From a virus, in IMG/VR virus record IMGVR_UViG_3300022744_000001, positions 383,762 through 447,761 of that record: 64,000 nt of DNA; one strand, given 5' to 3'. The position numbers and the translations under genes are program-made. The stretch's first letter is position 1, and every line of letters starts with the position of its first letter. Of this stretch, positions 8,622 to 18,711 are shown piece after piece. Below the pieces are notes generated by a model. The model made no database searches and was not told where the DNA came from. It saw only the letters and a list, made by a program, of their open reading frames with translations.

Positions 8622-10606
8622 AGCCTCACCTGTCCGGTACCCAGCTCAACAGAGACATCGACTGGGCTGCTCGTGTCCTTGACATCAACCGCCAACTCTC
8701 CTTGCATGTCGAACTGGGCAAGGATCGAACGGTTGTCCATGAGGTCAGGGAGGGAAATCTCTGTCGCCTTCCCTGATGCGAGCATCTCCCGCTGCTGGGC
8801 TTTCTTGTCCGAGTACGGAGGCTCGATGACAAGCTGCTTGGCGTACTTCGAACAATGCCCGGGGCTCGTCTGAAGCACGCACGAAGCGCACTTCTCGCCC
8901 TTCTTCACGTAGGGGACCAAACGGGCACGGTGAAGACGCATACCCTCATCGCACCCTCGACCGTAGTCGGAGTAGATGGTCGGGTCCACATAGTGGATAC
9001 CTTGGAGGCCCTGCTCAGCGAGTACAGAGCGAAGCTCACTCTGAGCGGCCTTGAGGTCTCGAGGGTCGAAGTTACGCTTCAACGCAGCGAGCAAATCGGT
9101 ACCATAAAGGCCCTCGTTGAGGTACCGAGACGCCGCCTTGATGATTTCACGCTTGGTCAAGTCGCCCGTCGTGTGCGACATAGAACCGCCGGTGAACGCC
9201 TTCATATGCGACTGCAAAGAGGCTGAGCTTGGGCGAGTCGAAGCCGTACGGTGCACCGACTTCAACGTATTGCGAACGTCACCCTCAACGGCAACCGCTG
9301 CTTGCCCGATACGGCCTGCCAGACGATGCTCACGCACCGTTTGGTTGAGCACCTCAGAGGTATAGAGGTCGTCCGCCTTGGCTACGAGTGGGCGCCCGTA
9401 GAGCAGGCACCTGGCCATCTTGTTGTAAACGCAGCCTTGGCACTTGCCGCCCGCAACAATACCCTTGACCGAAGAGGCGTTTTTGGCCAGGAAGTCTGCG
9501 CCCTCGTGGCAGCTGTCAAACGAGTCCTGGGTCGAGTAAACCGCCCCGTAAAGGCCCGCCTCCTTGAAGAGCGGCTCCCAATGCTCGCGGGTCATACGAA
9601 GGTCGTCCAAACTGAACGACAGCTTCATCGCCTGCATGAGTTCGTGCTCAGACCGACCACGGAGCATCTCCTTACGAAGGAGGCTCACGACTTCCACCGC
9701 CACCTTGTCTCGAGCGGCATTGGCCGAAGCCGTCTTGCCCTCAGCGGTAGGAGCCCAGGCCATCCCCGCCTGGATTGCCTGCTCCCGGAGCGAGCCCAGA
9801 ACCGGCAAATGTACCTTCTTGGTGGCTTCCACAGGGCGAAGGAAGCTGGCGGGATTGACCACCGGCTTGGGGGCCTCGGGGGCACTTGCCACCTTCACGT
9901 CCTCAGCCAGGAGGGCGAGCCGAATTCGCTCCTTCGGAGCCGCGGCGCTGGCCTGTACAGCCTTGCCCTTCCCAGCCTGCTTCTGCTCCACCTGGTTGGC
10001 AAGCTCAGCCGTATAGGGCACGTCCACAACGATCTGCTTCTGGAAGACCGCGCAGGTATTGCCTGCGTTGTGCACACACCCGCTGCAACGGTCACATGCC
10101 GTCACGAACCGAGCATCCGCGGCAAACCGACGAGCGAAAGCCACCTCAGCCTTTGCCGCTTGATGGCACCCAGGGAAATCGCTCGAGGCAAGGTAGTAAC
10201 GCCCCAGGAGGCCGCGCTCCTGGAAAAGCGCGGTCAGATCCTCCTTGACCGAACGAACGGCGTCCTTGCCGAACTTCGAAATCAAGGTACCCAGCACCTT
10301 CCTTGGGTTTGGGTCCTGCATCATGTGCACACGAGCGGTACGAAGAATCGTCGCACCCGCTTGCTTCATGTGCTCGTACGAACGCTCCCCGACCTCACGC
10401 ATGGTCCGAGGGCCGACGTTCTCGACATACACGGAGGGAGCCTCATCTTTATGGGCCCACGCCGCCTCGAGCTGAGGGGAGTAGTCGAGGTTCTGCTTGG
10501 GGAGCTTTTCGAGATCCCGGTAAGCCTGCTCATCCACATCCAACCAATCAAGATCGGATACGGACCCTTCTTTCAAGAAGCTCGAGAGATCACCGAGGTC
10601 AGCCAT
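8618..10606 (-). CDS. Protein with three internal Cys-rich repeats; putative head/structural protein
   Basis: Three copies of E.GL.G..Y......C...C..CV....C..(F/Y).(K/R).(I/L)V. Confidence 0.75.
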   Translation of the reverse strand: MADLGDLSSFLKEGSVSDLDWLDVDEQAYRDLEKLPKQNLDYSPQLEAAWAHKDEAPSVYVENVGPRTMREVGERSYEHMKQAGATILRTARVHMMQDPNPRKVLGTLISKFGKDAVRSVKEDLTALFQERGLLGRYYLASSDFPGCHQAAKAEVAFARRFAADARFVTACDRCSGCVHNAGNTCAVFQKQIVVDVPYTAELANQVEQKQAGKGKAVQASAAAPKERIRLALLAEDVKVASAPEAPKPVVNPASFLRPVEATKKVHLPVLGSLREQAIQAGMAWAPTAEGKTASANAARDKVAVEVVSLLRKEMLRGRSEHELMQAMKLSFSLDDLRMTREHWEPLFKEAGLYGAVYSTQDSFDSCHEGADFLAKNASSVKGIVAGGKCQGCVYNKMARCLLYGRPLVAKADDLYTSEVLNQTVREHRLAGRIGQAAVAVEGDVRNTLKSVHRTASTRPSSASLQSHMKAFTGGSMSHTTGDLTKREIIKAASRYLNEGLYGTDLLAALKRNFDPRDLKAAQSELRSVLAEQGLQGIHYVDPTIYSDYGRGCDEGMRLHRARLVPYVKKGEKCASCVLQTSPGHCSKYAKQLVIEPPYSDKKAQQREMLASGKATEISLPDLMDNRSILAQFDMQGELAVDVKDTSSPVDVSVELGTGQVRL

Positions 10607-12080
10607 TGGGGTTCACCTTGTTATCGTGCTGGTACAGATCTTCAGTGTCGTTCCGGTAGTCATGGACATTGCGGTCCCATTTGACATAAGGAACGTCTTG
10701 TTGCTCGTAGTCACTGCCAAAATCTGGCGTGTCTCGGTCGTAGTTGTAGTTCGACGGGTTTGACCCGGGCAGGCCCGATTCCCCCAGCAACAACTCCGAC
10801 GTGCCGTGCACGCTCACGTTGAACTGGTTGCCCTTGTCCCCATCGTAGTAGTCGGATCGAGCTGGCGGGCCGGACTGCGGAAGTCCCGAAGTCGCCCACA
10901 GGTTACGGTCAAGACCGTCGAGGTAGGGGTTTGACCCTTCCTCATCGTCTCGAGTTTTGCGTCCTGGGTCGTTCGGAAGTTCGCTCGACGGTCCAGCCAC
11001 CCCACGGCCATCAGGGGCCTTGGCGCCATAACCCTCGGAACCCTCTCCCTTGGCCCCGAAACCTACCCCGAAATCATTGGCGTTGGTCTCGGTCGGGTCA
11101 GAGTTGGCGTCCGGGACACCCGAGCGCGCCACCACGTAATCGTGGTAGTCCATTTTCCCGGAGATGTCGTGTTCGAGCTGCGCCGCCAACCCTTCAATCG
11201 AGTTGTCAGCCGCAAACACAGAGGTGTAGTCGCCCTCTCGGGGGCCGCTTTGCCACCCGTCGGGGATGTTCCCCACCGGCTCCTCGTCCTTATTGTAGGA
11301 GCCCCCAGGACCCGTCTGCTGGTCGGCACGGTCGAGGTGGTCTACCCGGGGCCCAGACAACGTGGTCACCGGAACCGACGAATTGGCTTTGGGGGACTTC
11401 CAAACAAGGGCCGGGTCAACGCTACTCGCCTGCTTGACGTTGTTGCTATTGTGGCCGCTCGTTCCATGCGGAGCTGCTGGGGTTGTTTCATTCCCCCCAG
11501 TCTCCGGGACTTTCGACCCAGGCTCATCCTCTTGCTTAGCTCCACCCTTGCCGTCGTTGCGAGACTCAATCTCCTCGATTTCCTTCTCGCCGTACGCCTC
11601 GGGGTCAGCAATGACCTGACCTGCTTCATCAACCAACTCGGTGATGTCCTCGGCTTCATTTTCCCCGAGATCAGCCATCTTGGGCTTCCAATGGGGGGCA
11701 TTGATCTCGTCGTAGAGGGTGTCCGTGATGGCAGACAGAAGCTCGCAGGCATCCTGGAGTCGGCCGCGCACGTCCTTGACGTTCATCACGTACCCACGAC
11801 CACCCAGCATACCGTCCGGGGACACGCTCGAGGACTTCACTCGAGCGAATTCCTTGTACGCAGTCACAGCGTGCCCGAGGGCAACGCTAGCCGAGAACAA
11901 AGCCCGAGAAAGTGGCTTCAAAGAGCGAGCATCGAACTCATGCCCCTTCGGGATGTTTCGCTGCCCCGCACCCGAAATAGTCCCCTTGGGCGTAGGGGAA
12001 GGCTCTGGGGGTAACGGGGTACCCTCCATTTGCGCCACGATTGTGCGAACCTTTTGTCTGGTGCTCACCGGAGACCTCAA
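10599..12080 (-). CDS. Hypothetical protein with a long acidic, Gly/Pro-rich C-terminal half
   Basis: 493 aa; recurring S-x-(L/V)-P units (SKVP, SSVP, SGVP, SELP, SGLP x2). Confidence 0.7.
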   Translation of the reverse strand: MRSPVSTRQKVRTIVAQMEGTPLPPEPSPTPKGTISGAGQRNIPKGHEFDARSLKPLSRALFSASVALGHAVTAYKEFARVKSSSVSPDGMLGGRGYVMNVKDVRGRLQDACELLSAITDTLYDEINAPHWKPKMADLGENEAEDITELVDEAGQVIADPEAYGEKEIEEIESRNDGKGGAKQEDEPGSKVPETGGNETTPAAPHGTSGHNSNNVKQASSVDPALVWKSPKANSSVPVTTLSGPRVDHLDRADQQTGPGGSYNKDEEPVGNIPDGWQSGPREGDYTSVFAADNSIEGLAAQLEHDISGKMDYHDYVVARSGVPDANSDPTETNANDFGVGFGAKGEGSEGYGAKAPDGRGVAGPSSELPNDPGRKTRDDEEGSNPYLDGLDRNLWATSGLPQSGPPARSDYYDGDKGNQFNVSVHGTSELLLGESGLPGSNPSNYNYDRDTPDFGSDYEQQDVPYVKWDRNVHDYRNDTEDLYQHDNKVNPNG

Positions 12081-12343
12081 ACCTTGAGAGGGGACCCGTC
12101 ATCCGAGAACATGCGCTCCACGAACATGGAGCCGTCGGTCTGGCGCTTGATCGCCCAGAGGTCCTTGTCCGCCTTGTGCACAAGGGTTTCATTGCTGAGG
12201 CGAGCGAACCCAGCCAAATCTTGGATTGAAGCGATCTTGCGACGCGCAGTATGGGGTGTCACGACCTGGGGCTCACGCTCCATGAAAGAGTCGAGCCCGT
12301 GAGAGCCCTGGACTTGAAGATCGGACAGGTCGAACTTGGCCAT
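12077..12343 (-). CDS. Hypothetical protein
   Basis: 88 aa, coupled to neighbours; contains RRKIAS. Confidence 0.65.
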   Translation of the reverse strand: MAKFDLSDLQVQGSHGLDSFMEREPQVVTPHTARRKIASIQDLAGFARLSNETLVHKADKDLWAIKRQTDGSMFVERMFSDDGSPLKV

Positions 12344-12350
12344 AGTACCC

Positions 12351-13253
12351 TCACGTGATTATTAGTTGAATCTCAACGTCCACGTAGTTGTTGGTACTAT
12401 ATCCGGCCACACGAAGGGTTTCCGTGTAAGTACCTTGAGTCATGTTGTTCGGAGGCTGCACGGTAACCGTGATTGGGTCGTGTCCTCCGGAGTTGAGTTG
12501 ACCAGAAGACGGGGAGATCCCTGTCAACCAATCAGACAGACCAGTCAATTTGTTGACCTGGTACTCGAGGACCGACCCGGATACCCCCAGGTTCTGGACG
12601 TTGAAAGTCTGGGTTGGGATCGAGGGGAAGCTCCCCACCAAGGGCCTCACCACAGTGAAAGTCAACTGGAGCACGCTGCACCCAATCGTGGCCTTGGGCA
12701 GCACCACGATGGTCACCGGTACCATCTGCGGGCTGTTGGTGGCCCCAGGGTCCTGGATGGTCAGCATCTCGTTGTAAGGGCTGTCCACGGCCAACAACGC
12801 CGCCGAGTTGACGTCCACGTCGAACTGCCCGGACTCGTTGAGCGCCAGGTTGCCAATGTTTGCGGGGGTCGCTCGCACGTACGACGCCGACGTCGTGATC
12901 GTCACACCCAAAATTGAGCCGTACACGCCATCGTTCGTGAGCAGAACGCCTTGGGACAAGGAATAACCCTGCCCTTCGGTAACCGTGAACGTGAGGCTGC
13001 TCGGAGGCCCAACGAGGATGTGCGGACTGAAATTGGCTTGCAACTCGGTGATGCTCTCAGCCATGGCCTGGACCACGCTGCCAGGCAAAGGGATCGAGTC
13101 CCTCAGCAAACCATACGGGGAAACGATGTCCCGAATCGAATACTCTGGATTCGACTTGGAAACGTCAAGCCGCGTCGTCCACCGCCACTTGCCAGCAGGG
13201 ACAGCGACTTCGAACTGGTAGTCGTGGACTTTCAGGTTGGAGACAAGCGGCAC
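12351..13253 (-). CDS. Ig-like/BACON-like beta-sandwich repeat protein
   Basis: Two repeats of 'P.SLTFTV...(L/V).N.G..G..L....' with WL..SP.SG.L and GTY.ET; late-promoter-like element upstream. Confidence 0.65.
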   Translation of the reverse strand: MPLVSNLKVHDYQFEVAVPAGKWRWTTRLDVSKSNPEYSIRDIVSPYGLLRDSIPLPGSVVQAMAESITELQANFSPHILVGPPSSLTFTVTEGQGYSLSQGVLLTNDGVYGSILGVTITTSASYVRATPANIGNLALNESGQFDVDVNSAALLAVDSPYNEMLTIQDPGATNSPQMVPVTIVVLPKATIGCSVLQLTFTVVRPLVGSFPSIPTQTFNVQNLGVSGSVLEYQVNKLTGLSDWLTGISPSSGQLNSGGHDPITVTVQPPNNMTQGTYTETLRVAGYSTNNYVDVEIQLIIT

Positions 13254-13277
13254 AGTTCCCTCTTCTGTGCCGACCCC

Positions 13278-13288
13278 ATAAGAAGAAC
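13278..13288 (-). promoter_or_regulatory. Representative copy of a putative late promoter (GTTCTTCTTAT; consensus about RATCYTYTKRT)
   Basis: Heads the structural operon; similar 11-mers precede leader-bearing genes. Confidence 0.5.
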
Positions 13289-13320
13289 CTCTGTCTCAGA
13301 GGAACTCGAGGCGGAGGTAC

Positions 13321-13956
13321 CTAGAACAGGCCGTCTCCCCCGCGGCTTGCCCACTGCGGCAACTTGACCTCTCGGAGGATGTTGAATTTCTTCGATGCAA
13401 TCGCGGAAAACACACGATGGTACCTCATAAGTGTGTCGTCCTCCCCGGCCTTCTTCTCCAAAAGCTTTACGGCACCGAAGAACCGGTGCCGTACGCGACC
13501 CTGGGTCAACCCCAAACGTGTGGCCACCTCAGACTGGCAAGTGGTCTGCCACATGCCCACAAGGATGTTCACGTCGATTTCCCTGAGAGGTACCTTGGGG
13601 AGGTCCCGACGCATCTCGTCCTCGGTCACCTGGGGGATGGACAGGAGGAATCGGATGCGCTGAATGCCGCGGTCAAGGCGATAGGAGATGGCAGCCTGGG
13701 TGACCCCGAAGATCTCCGCAATGTCCGCCTGTTTCTTCTTGAGCACGTAGTAGAGATGGACGATGTCCGCCTCTCGGTTCGGGATCTTGTCGAGTAGAGG
13801 TTTGACTTGGGACTCGTAGTGGAGATGGGAGAGTATCCCGCCCACCTCGTCCTCGGTTAGCTGCTCCGCATCTGCTTCGTCCAACAACGGCTCAGACGAG
13901 GCAAACCGGTTAGCCAACTCTGCCGGGTCTACGGAAATAACATATCCCCCACTCAT
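13321..13956 (-). CDS. Sigma-70 region-4-like tandem HTH protein (putative phage sigma/transcription factor)
   Basis: 'IPNREADIVHLYY...QADIAEIFGVTQAAISYRLDRG' and a second HTH 'QSEVATRLGLTQGRVRHR'. Confidence 0.7.
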   Translation of the reverse strand: MSGGYVISVDPAELANRFASSEPLLDEADAEQLTEDEVGGILSHLHYESQVKPLLDKIPNREADIVHLYYVLKKKQADIAEIFGVTQAAISYRLDRGIQRIRFLLSIPQVTEDEMRRDLPKVPLREIDVNILVGMWQTTCQSEVATRLGLTQGRVRHRFFGAVKLLEKKAGEDDTLMRYHRVFSAIASKKFNILREVKLPQWASRGGDGLF

Positions 13957-13972
13957 ACTTCCCACCCTCCCC

Positions 13973-14902
13973 TTAAGCTGTGACCTGGTGCTCGCCCGTC
14001 TTCACAAAGCCCCGGCTCGAGCCTTCCTCAGTCACGAAGGCGTCGATAATAGAATCTGGCTGGATTCCCCGGGAGGCGAGTAACAATTTGGCGCTGTCGG
14101 AGTTGACAGATGGGTCTGTCAGTGAGTACGGTACCTCTTGCAAGGGCATCAACTCGAGGTTGAGGCGAACCAGACCTTCCGACGCACGCAACTTCTCATA
14201 CTGGCTAGCCGTGAGGCCCGCCATGTTGGACGAGAAAATGCCGTCGATAGTCTGGTGCACGCGCAAGAGACTCGTAAGTAGTTTGGCTGGGACTGAAGGG
14301 ACCCCAGGCAGGTTGTCCGACGTATCGCCTAGTAGTGCCCGGAGGTAAACAATCCTCTCGGGCGGTACGCCATACTCTGCCACGACCCTATCTGGGTCGT
14401 AAAGCTGTTCTGGACGATTACCAACCTTCGGTACCAACAGTTGGTCTGTGTAGGTGACCAACTGTAAGAAATCGTGGTCGTTGGACATAATGATGTTGTG
14501 GTGTCCTCTCAACTCTCCCCTTACCAAGCTTGCGACCACATCATCAGCCTCTTCGTCCGCGTTGCGAGCTTGGTAAACCCCCAACATCGGAAGCACCTTC
14601 TGCACCGCCGCCATCTGACCATCAGAGAAAATGTCAGTCTTGGAGCGGGTACCCTTGTACTCTGGGTACCTTGAGGTTCTCCGCTGCCTTGAGCCTTCCC
14701 AGACAACATAGAAGTTGTGTTTGGGGAAGCGACTCTTCAACGTGGCAAGGCTCCTCAAAAAGCCGAACAGCAACCCTGTCGGATTGCCGTCTGCGTCCGT
14801 AAGAGGATTCGGTATGTGTTTCATTGCATGGTAAGTGCGATACGCGAGATTGGCCCCATCAACGACGACGTTTTGCTGCACGGCGTTTACGCTCCCTGGC
14901 AT
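13973..14902 (-). CDS. 5'-3' exonuclease / flap endonuclease (Pol I N-terminal family)
   Basis: VVDGANLAYR, YPEYKGTR, EADDVVA, SNDHDFLQL, GDTSDNLPGV. Confidence 0.92.
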   Translation of the reverse strand: MPGSVNAVQQNVVVDGANLAYRTYHAMKHIPNPLTDADGNPTGLLFGFLRSLATLKSRFPKHNFYVVWEGSRQRRTSRYPEYKGTRSKTDIFSDGQMAAVQKVLPMLGVYQARNADEEADDVVASLVRGELRGHHNIIMSNDHDFLQLVTYTDQLLVPKVGNRPEQLYDPDRVVAEYGVPPERIVYLRALLGDTSDNLPGVPSVPAKLLTSLLRVHQTIDGIFSSNMAGLTASQYEKLRASEGLVRLNLELMPLQEVPYSLTDPSVNSDSAKLLLASRGIQPDSIIDAFVTEEGSSRGFVKTGEHQVTA

Positions 14903-16001
14903 CTTCCTGCTCTGCCTTCTTGAGTTTCGACTCAACTTGCCCAACCTGATAACGCAGTCTCTTGATCGCTTCAGCAGTTGAGTCGTACACCTCCAGCTGA
15001 CGGCAGAGTGCTTCCATCGCATCCGTACTGCTTAGCTCGGGGAGAGCTTGCAGAACCTCACCAGCCCCAACCTGTCGGTCCAGAGAGGCGAAGGGCAATG
15101 TCAACCAAGCTAGGACGCCAACCTGCCCAACAAGCCCCTCCAGCGGGTCTATGGACGGCGGGACAACCAGCAAAGGAGCCAACTCAATCTCCCGCTGAAG
15201 CCGATGAGCCCGATGCAGAACCAAGACTGTCCCAGAACGCTTTTGCAGCTCATCGAAATCCTGGAATGCGACCTCCTCGACACGCTTGCGCGAGATGATA
15301 TCGGGCACCAGGGTGGACACTCCATCGGCCAAAGGGTGAAGCTTGGCGACGTTCGTGTACTGCTTGTCGAGCACCTCGAACGAGGCCAGCTGGGCCGAAA
15401 GCGGAACTGACGCCCGACGAAACCACTCCGTGATGCGTAGGTACTTCGTCCGGAATGGAGAGAACGCAGGCGTATCGCCCGCTTCCTCGTGGGTCACGAA
15501 CCGTAAAAAGCTCCGAGGCAGCGTGACAATCGCTTGCTTGGACCGCAAAGAGATGTAGACCTGGACTGAATCCTTCTCAGGAATCTCTTCGATTACCCGG
15601 CCCCGGATGCCCTTATAGGCCCCAGACATCACCTCAACTTCATCTCCGACTTCAATACCCTGGTCAGTCTCAACTTGGATCTGCTTGCGCATCTTCGTGA
15701 TGTCCGCATCACGAACAGTTGAGAGTTGTCGAACCCGACCATTAACCGCAGTTAGGACAGCCGAAATGTACTTGGTACCTTCGGTGCGGTAGTAATAGGG
15801 GTCGGGGTGATCGCGCCGAACGAACACGTAGTTGTCGATCAGCTTGTGAACAACACGGCTATCCCCCACCACCGAGATGGAAGCCGGGACGAAAATCTCT
15901 GAGTCTCGCAGGATGCGTCGAACCGCCGCCCGAAGAACTTCCGGATCTTCATCCTCACCTTGGGGCGTCAGTTCCAAAACTACCCATTCAGCCACGTCCA
16001 A
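14859..16001 (-). CDS. NusG/RfaH-like transcription factor (NGN + KOW) with a long C-terminal extension
   Basis: EWVVL...IFVP...LIDNYVFV (NGN); VGDEVEVMSGAYKGIRGRV (KOW). Confidence 0.8.
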   Translation of the reverse strand: MDVAEWVVLELTPQGEDEDPEVLRAAVRRILRDSEIFVPASISVVGDSRVVHKLIDNYVFVRRDHPDPYYYRTEGTKYISAVLTAVNGRVRQLSTVRDADITKMRKQIQVETDQGIEVGDEVEVMSGAYKGIRGRVIEEIPEKDSVQVYISLRSKQAIVTLPRSFLRFVTHEEAGDTPAFSPFRTKYLRITEWFRRASVPLSAQLASFEVLDKQYTNVAKLHPLADGVSTLVPDIISRKRVEEVAFQDFDELQKRSGTVLVLHRAHRLQREIELAPLLVVPPSIDPLEGLVGQVGVLAWLTLPFASLDRQVGAGEVLQALPELSSTDAMEALCRQLEVYDSTAEAIKRLRYQVGQVESKLKKAEQEDARERKRRAAKRRR

Positions 16002-17463
16002 TACCCCCCACCCCTACCCTCCCCAAGAAGGATTGCCTCCAAACCTCGGGTGCGATCGGAGTCAAACCATCTCGGCCAGAGCGGTCCGGATTGAAGTTTT
16101 CTGCCGTGTTCTTGGGTTTGGACCCGGTTCGATTCACGACAGCCGAATCGAGGTCGGTCAACGCGACAGCCTTGTCCCCCACAACGCTCGAGGGGATGAA
16201 CGGGACCTTGTAGGGGTCCACTTTGGGCTTGGACGGCTCCGCAGGGGCCACAGAAGGCGGCGGTGGGGCCGCCTGGGGTTGCGGGGCCGGAGCGGGGCTC
16301 GAGGGCGGCGGTGGGGCCACTGTGGCAGCGGGCGGCGGAGCCAAAGGCTGCGCCACCGGAGCGGGCGCCATGACCGGAGCCAAAATGGCTTGAACCGCCT
16401 GCACCGGTGCGGAGACCACTCCCCCTCGAAGCTCGGAGGACAAAGTCGCGATATCACAGGTCAAACCGATGTAAGTGATGTACCGTGATCGCAAAAATCG
16501 TTGCGCAACCAGAATCGTCTGAGCCCCGTAAACGGAGTTCACCTGGGAAGCCAAGTCCCGGTCCATGAAACTGAAATCTGCCGACATGCCATTGGCCTGC
16601 CGAAATGAGTTCATGGCGGCCTCAGCCAAACCAGAGGCTGCCTCCTCCGCCGTAACCCGCTCACGAATCTTGTCGAGCAGAGCCAAAGCACTAGAGAGGT
16701 CCGATGGGATTCTCAGCAGAATTTCGTAGTAAACCGAAACCAAAGACAGGTTGAGCCGATCCCGAACTCGCTCAAGGGTGATATCCCCGCCTTGGGAAAT
16801 CGTCTCGAGTTGCTTCAGGATGTCGCGGAGGTGGCCCTCTTCATGGTCAATGACTGTGAGAACCCCGTCGTCCTCGTAGCCAACCCCTTCCTTCTCCAAG
16901 ACCACGCGCTTCACCCACTCGAGGATTTCCTCTCGGGTAGCGCGACGAGCCATGTGCTCCTCGCAACGAGACTTGATGGGGCCACGTACCTTCTCTGGCT
17001 CAGTGGTGCAGAAGATGCCCACCATCGCCTTCTCTTCGATGGGTTTGAGCAGGACGTCCTGGGCGTCCTTGCTCATTCGGTGGCACTCATCGAAGAGGTA
17101 AATCCGCTTCGGGGCGTCAAGAACCGCAAACGGGAGTTCGTCTACAATCGCCCGAATGTGCTCAATCTTGCCCTGACTAGCCGCATCTCGTTCTTGGAAG
17201 GCTTGAGAAGAGTCCTCCAAAAACGCTTTGCAGTTGTCGCACTCGTTGCAGGGTTCCGGATCGTCCGGGTTGAGACGCAGGCAGAGCATGGCTCGAGCCA
17301 TGATGCGGCCGAGCGTCGTTTTACCCATGCCGTGGCCACCGGAGAACAGATAGCTCGTGTTCCACGCTGACCCATCCTTCAAGCGAGCCTTTAGGACCGC
17401 GATGGTCCCTTGCTGCCCAAGGACGTCTGCAAATCGCAAAGGACGATACTTTTTATCCCACAC
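15988..17463 (-). CDS. dnaX: DNA polymerase III clamp loader gamma/tau subunit
   Basis: KYRP..FADVLGQ, GGHGMGKTT, Zn motif C...PCNECDNC, DECH, SRC, GHLRD; Pro-rich linker. Confidence 0.9.
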   Translation of the reverse strand: MWDKKYRPLRFADVLGQQGTIAVLKARLKDGSAWNTSYLFSGGHGMGKTTLGRIMARAMLCLRLNPDDPEPCNECDNCKAFLEDSSQAFQERDAASQGKIEHIRAIVDELPFAVLDAPKRIYLFDECHRMSKDAQDVLLKPIEEKAMVGIFCTTEPEKVRGPIKSRCEEHMARRATREEILEWVKRVVLEKEGVGYEDDGVLTVIDHEEGHLRDILKQLETISQGGDITLERVRDRLNLSLVSVYYEILLRIPSDLSSALALLDKIRERVTAEEAASGLAEAAMNSFRQANGMSADFSFMDRDLASQVNSVYGAQTILVAQRFLRSRYITYIGLTCDIATLSSELRGGVVSAPVQAVQAILAPVMAPAPVAQPLAPPPAATVAPPPPSSPAPAPQPQAAPPPPSVAPAEPSKPKVDPYKVPFIPSSVVGDKAVALTDLDSAVVNRTGSKPKNTAENFNPDRSGRDGLTPIAPEVWRQSFLGRVGVGGIGRG

Positions 17464-17471
17464 AACGAACC

Positions 17472-17984
17472 TCAGTCAGCCGTAAGAAGTCCTTCGACGA
17501 TGTTCTCCGCATCCTCCTCTGAGTCCTCGGTCTCCTCCTCGTCGGTCATGAACCCAAGGTCAAGCTCTTTAGCGACCGTGGCAAACTGGGCCAAGTCATC
17601 GTGCCATGCGCCGTGGCGCCGGAAGATGCTGCTGAATTCGTGGACGTCGGGAAGGCGTACCGACCATTTCATGGCCGCAGTCTTCTCGTCTTCCTCTCCT
17701 GCGCAACGCTCCAAGAGGTGGTCAACGAGTGCTGTACGCTTGCTGTTGTCCAGCGTGTTCCAGATCTCCAGCGGTACCTCGACGAGAAAATGCACGTCGA
17801 TCAGGTACAGCATGAGGTCGCTCATTTTCTTGACGGTACCCATGACCGCCTTACCGCCCTTCTTGCTGGCTTTGTCGCGAAACAAGAAGCGAAACTTGGC
17901 GGTAGCCAAATGAGGGTGCTGGTTCGTGATCAGGTGGGTCGCAATCTGCCCAATTTCCTCTGCTTCTCCGTAGACGGTACCCAT
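17472..17984 (-). CDS. Phage metallopeptidase-like protein with a degenerate metal motif
   Basis: 'ALVDHLLERC' in place of DHELxH; 'PDVHEF..I.RRHG'. Confidence 0.6.
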   Translation of the reverse strand: MGTVYGEAEEIGQIATHLITNQHPHLATAKFRFLFRDKASKKGGKAVMGTVKKMSDLMLYLIDVHFLVEVPLEIWNTLDNSKRTALVDHLLERCAGEEDEKTAAMKWSVRLPDVHEFSSIFRRHGAWHDDLAQFATVAKELDLGFMTDEEETEDSEEDAENIVEGLLTAD

Positions 17985-17988
17985 AGTT

Positions 17989-18690
17989 CTACTCCAACTG
18001 TGCGCGTAAAAACGGGACCAATCGGTCGTCGCCCCACGCTTCCCAAAGGTCACCCGGGTCCTTCACCTTGACCCCGTTCGCCATAACAACACCGCGGGGG
18101 TACGTTACCTCGCGAGTATCGAACAGGTTTCCGTAGAACCGGTGAAAGTTCTTCCGACCACGGTCCCCTGCTTCGTCGTCGTCGAGAAGCAAGTAGACCT
18201 GCTGGACCATCCGGAGCATGGACCGAACAAGGTCATCCCGAACTTTGGCAGTCAAGATGGCCACTACGTTGGGGGCCGCCCGCTGCACGGGGAACAGGTC
18301 GAAAACACCCTCGACCAAACACACCTTCCCGGTCCGCCACACTTCTGGGGCCGCTTGCCCGAGCCCAAACAAGACCGCTTGTGTCTTGTCGAGGATGAAG
18401 TCCGTGTAGCCCTTCTTCTCACGAGACAAGGGGCGAAACTGCAACCCCTTCACCTCCCCCAACCAATCGGTCAAGGGAAGGACCAAAAAGTCTTCCAGCT
18501 TGGTCCCACTCAAAGACCAATCGAGGAAGGCTCCTGGGTACTCGATGTCCGAGGGAAGCTCCCGGTCGATGTACCCGATCTGGTACAGGCTCATCTGTTC
18601 GTCGGTGACTCCACGACCCCAAAGAGCCTCACGAGCGTGCTCGGGGAGAGCGGCGTGGCATTGAGCTGTGAAACTGTCGATCCAAGCCAT
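17989..18690 (-). CDS. DnaG-type primase catalytic core (TOPRIM), no zinc-binding domain
   Basis: L..RG, LVEGVFD, LLDDDEAG..G, KDPGD. Confidence 0.8.
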   Translation of the reverse strand: MAWIDSFTAQCHAALPEHAREALWGRGVTDEQMSLYQIGYIDRELPSDIEYPGAFLDWSLSGTKLEDFLVLPLTDWLGEVKGLQFRPLSREKKGYTDFILDKTQAVLFGLGQAAPEVWRTGKVCLVEGVFDLFPVQRAAPNVVAILTAKVRDDLVRSMLRMVQQVYLLLDDDEAGDRGRKNFHRFYGNLFDTREVTYPRGVVMANGVKVKDPGDLWEAWGDDRLVPFLRAQLE

Positions 18691-18711
18691 GAGGCCATGG
18701 AAGACACCGGT

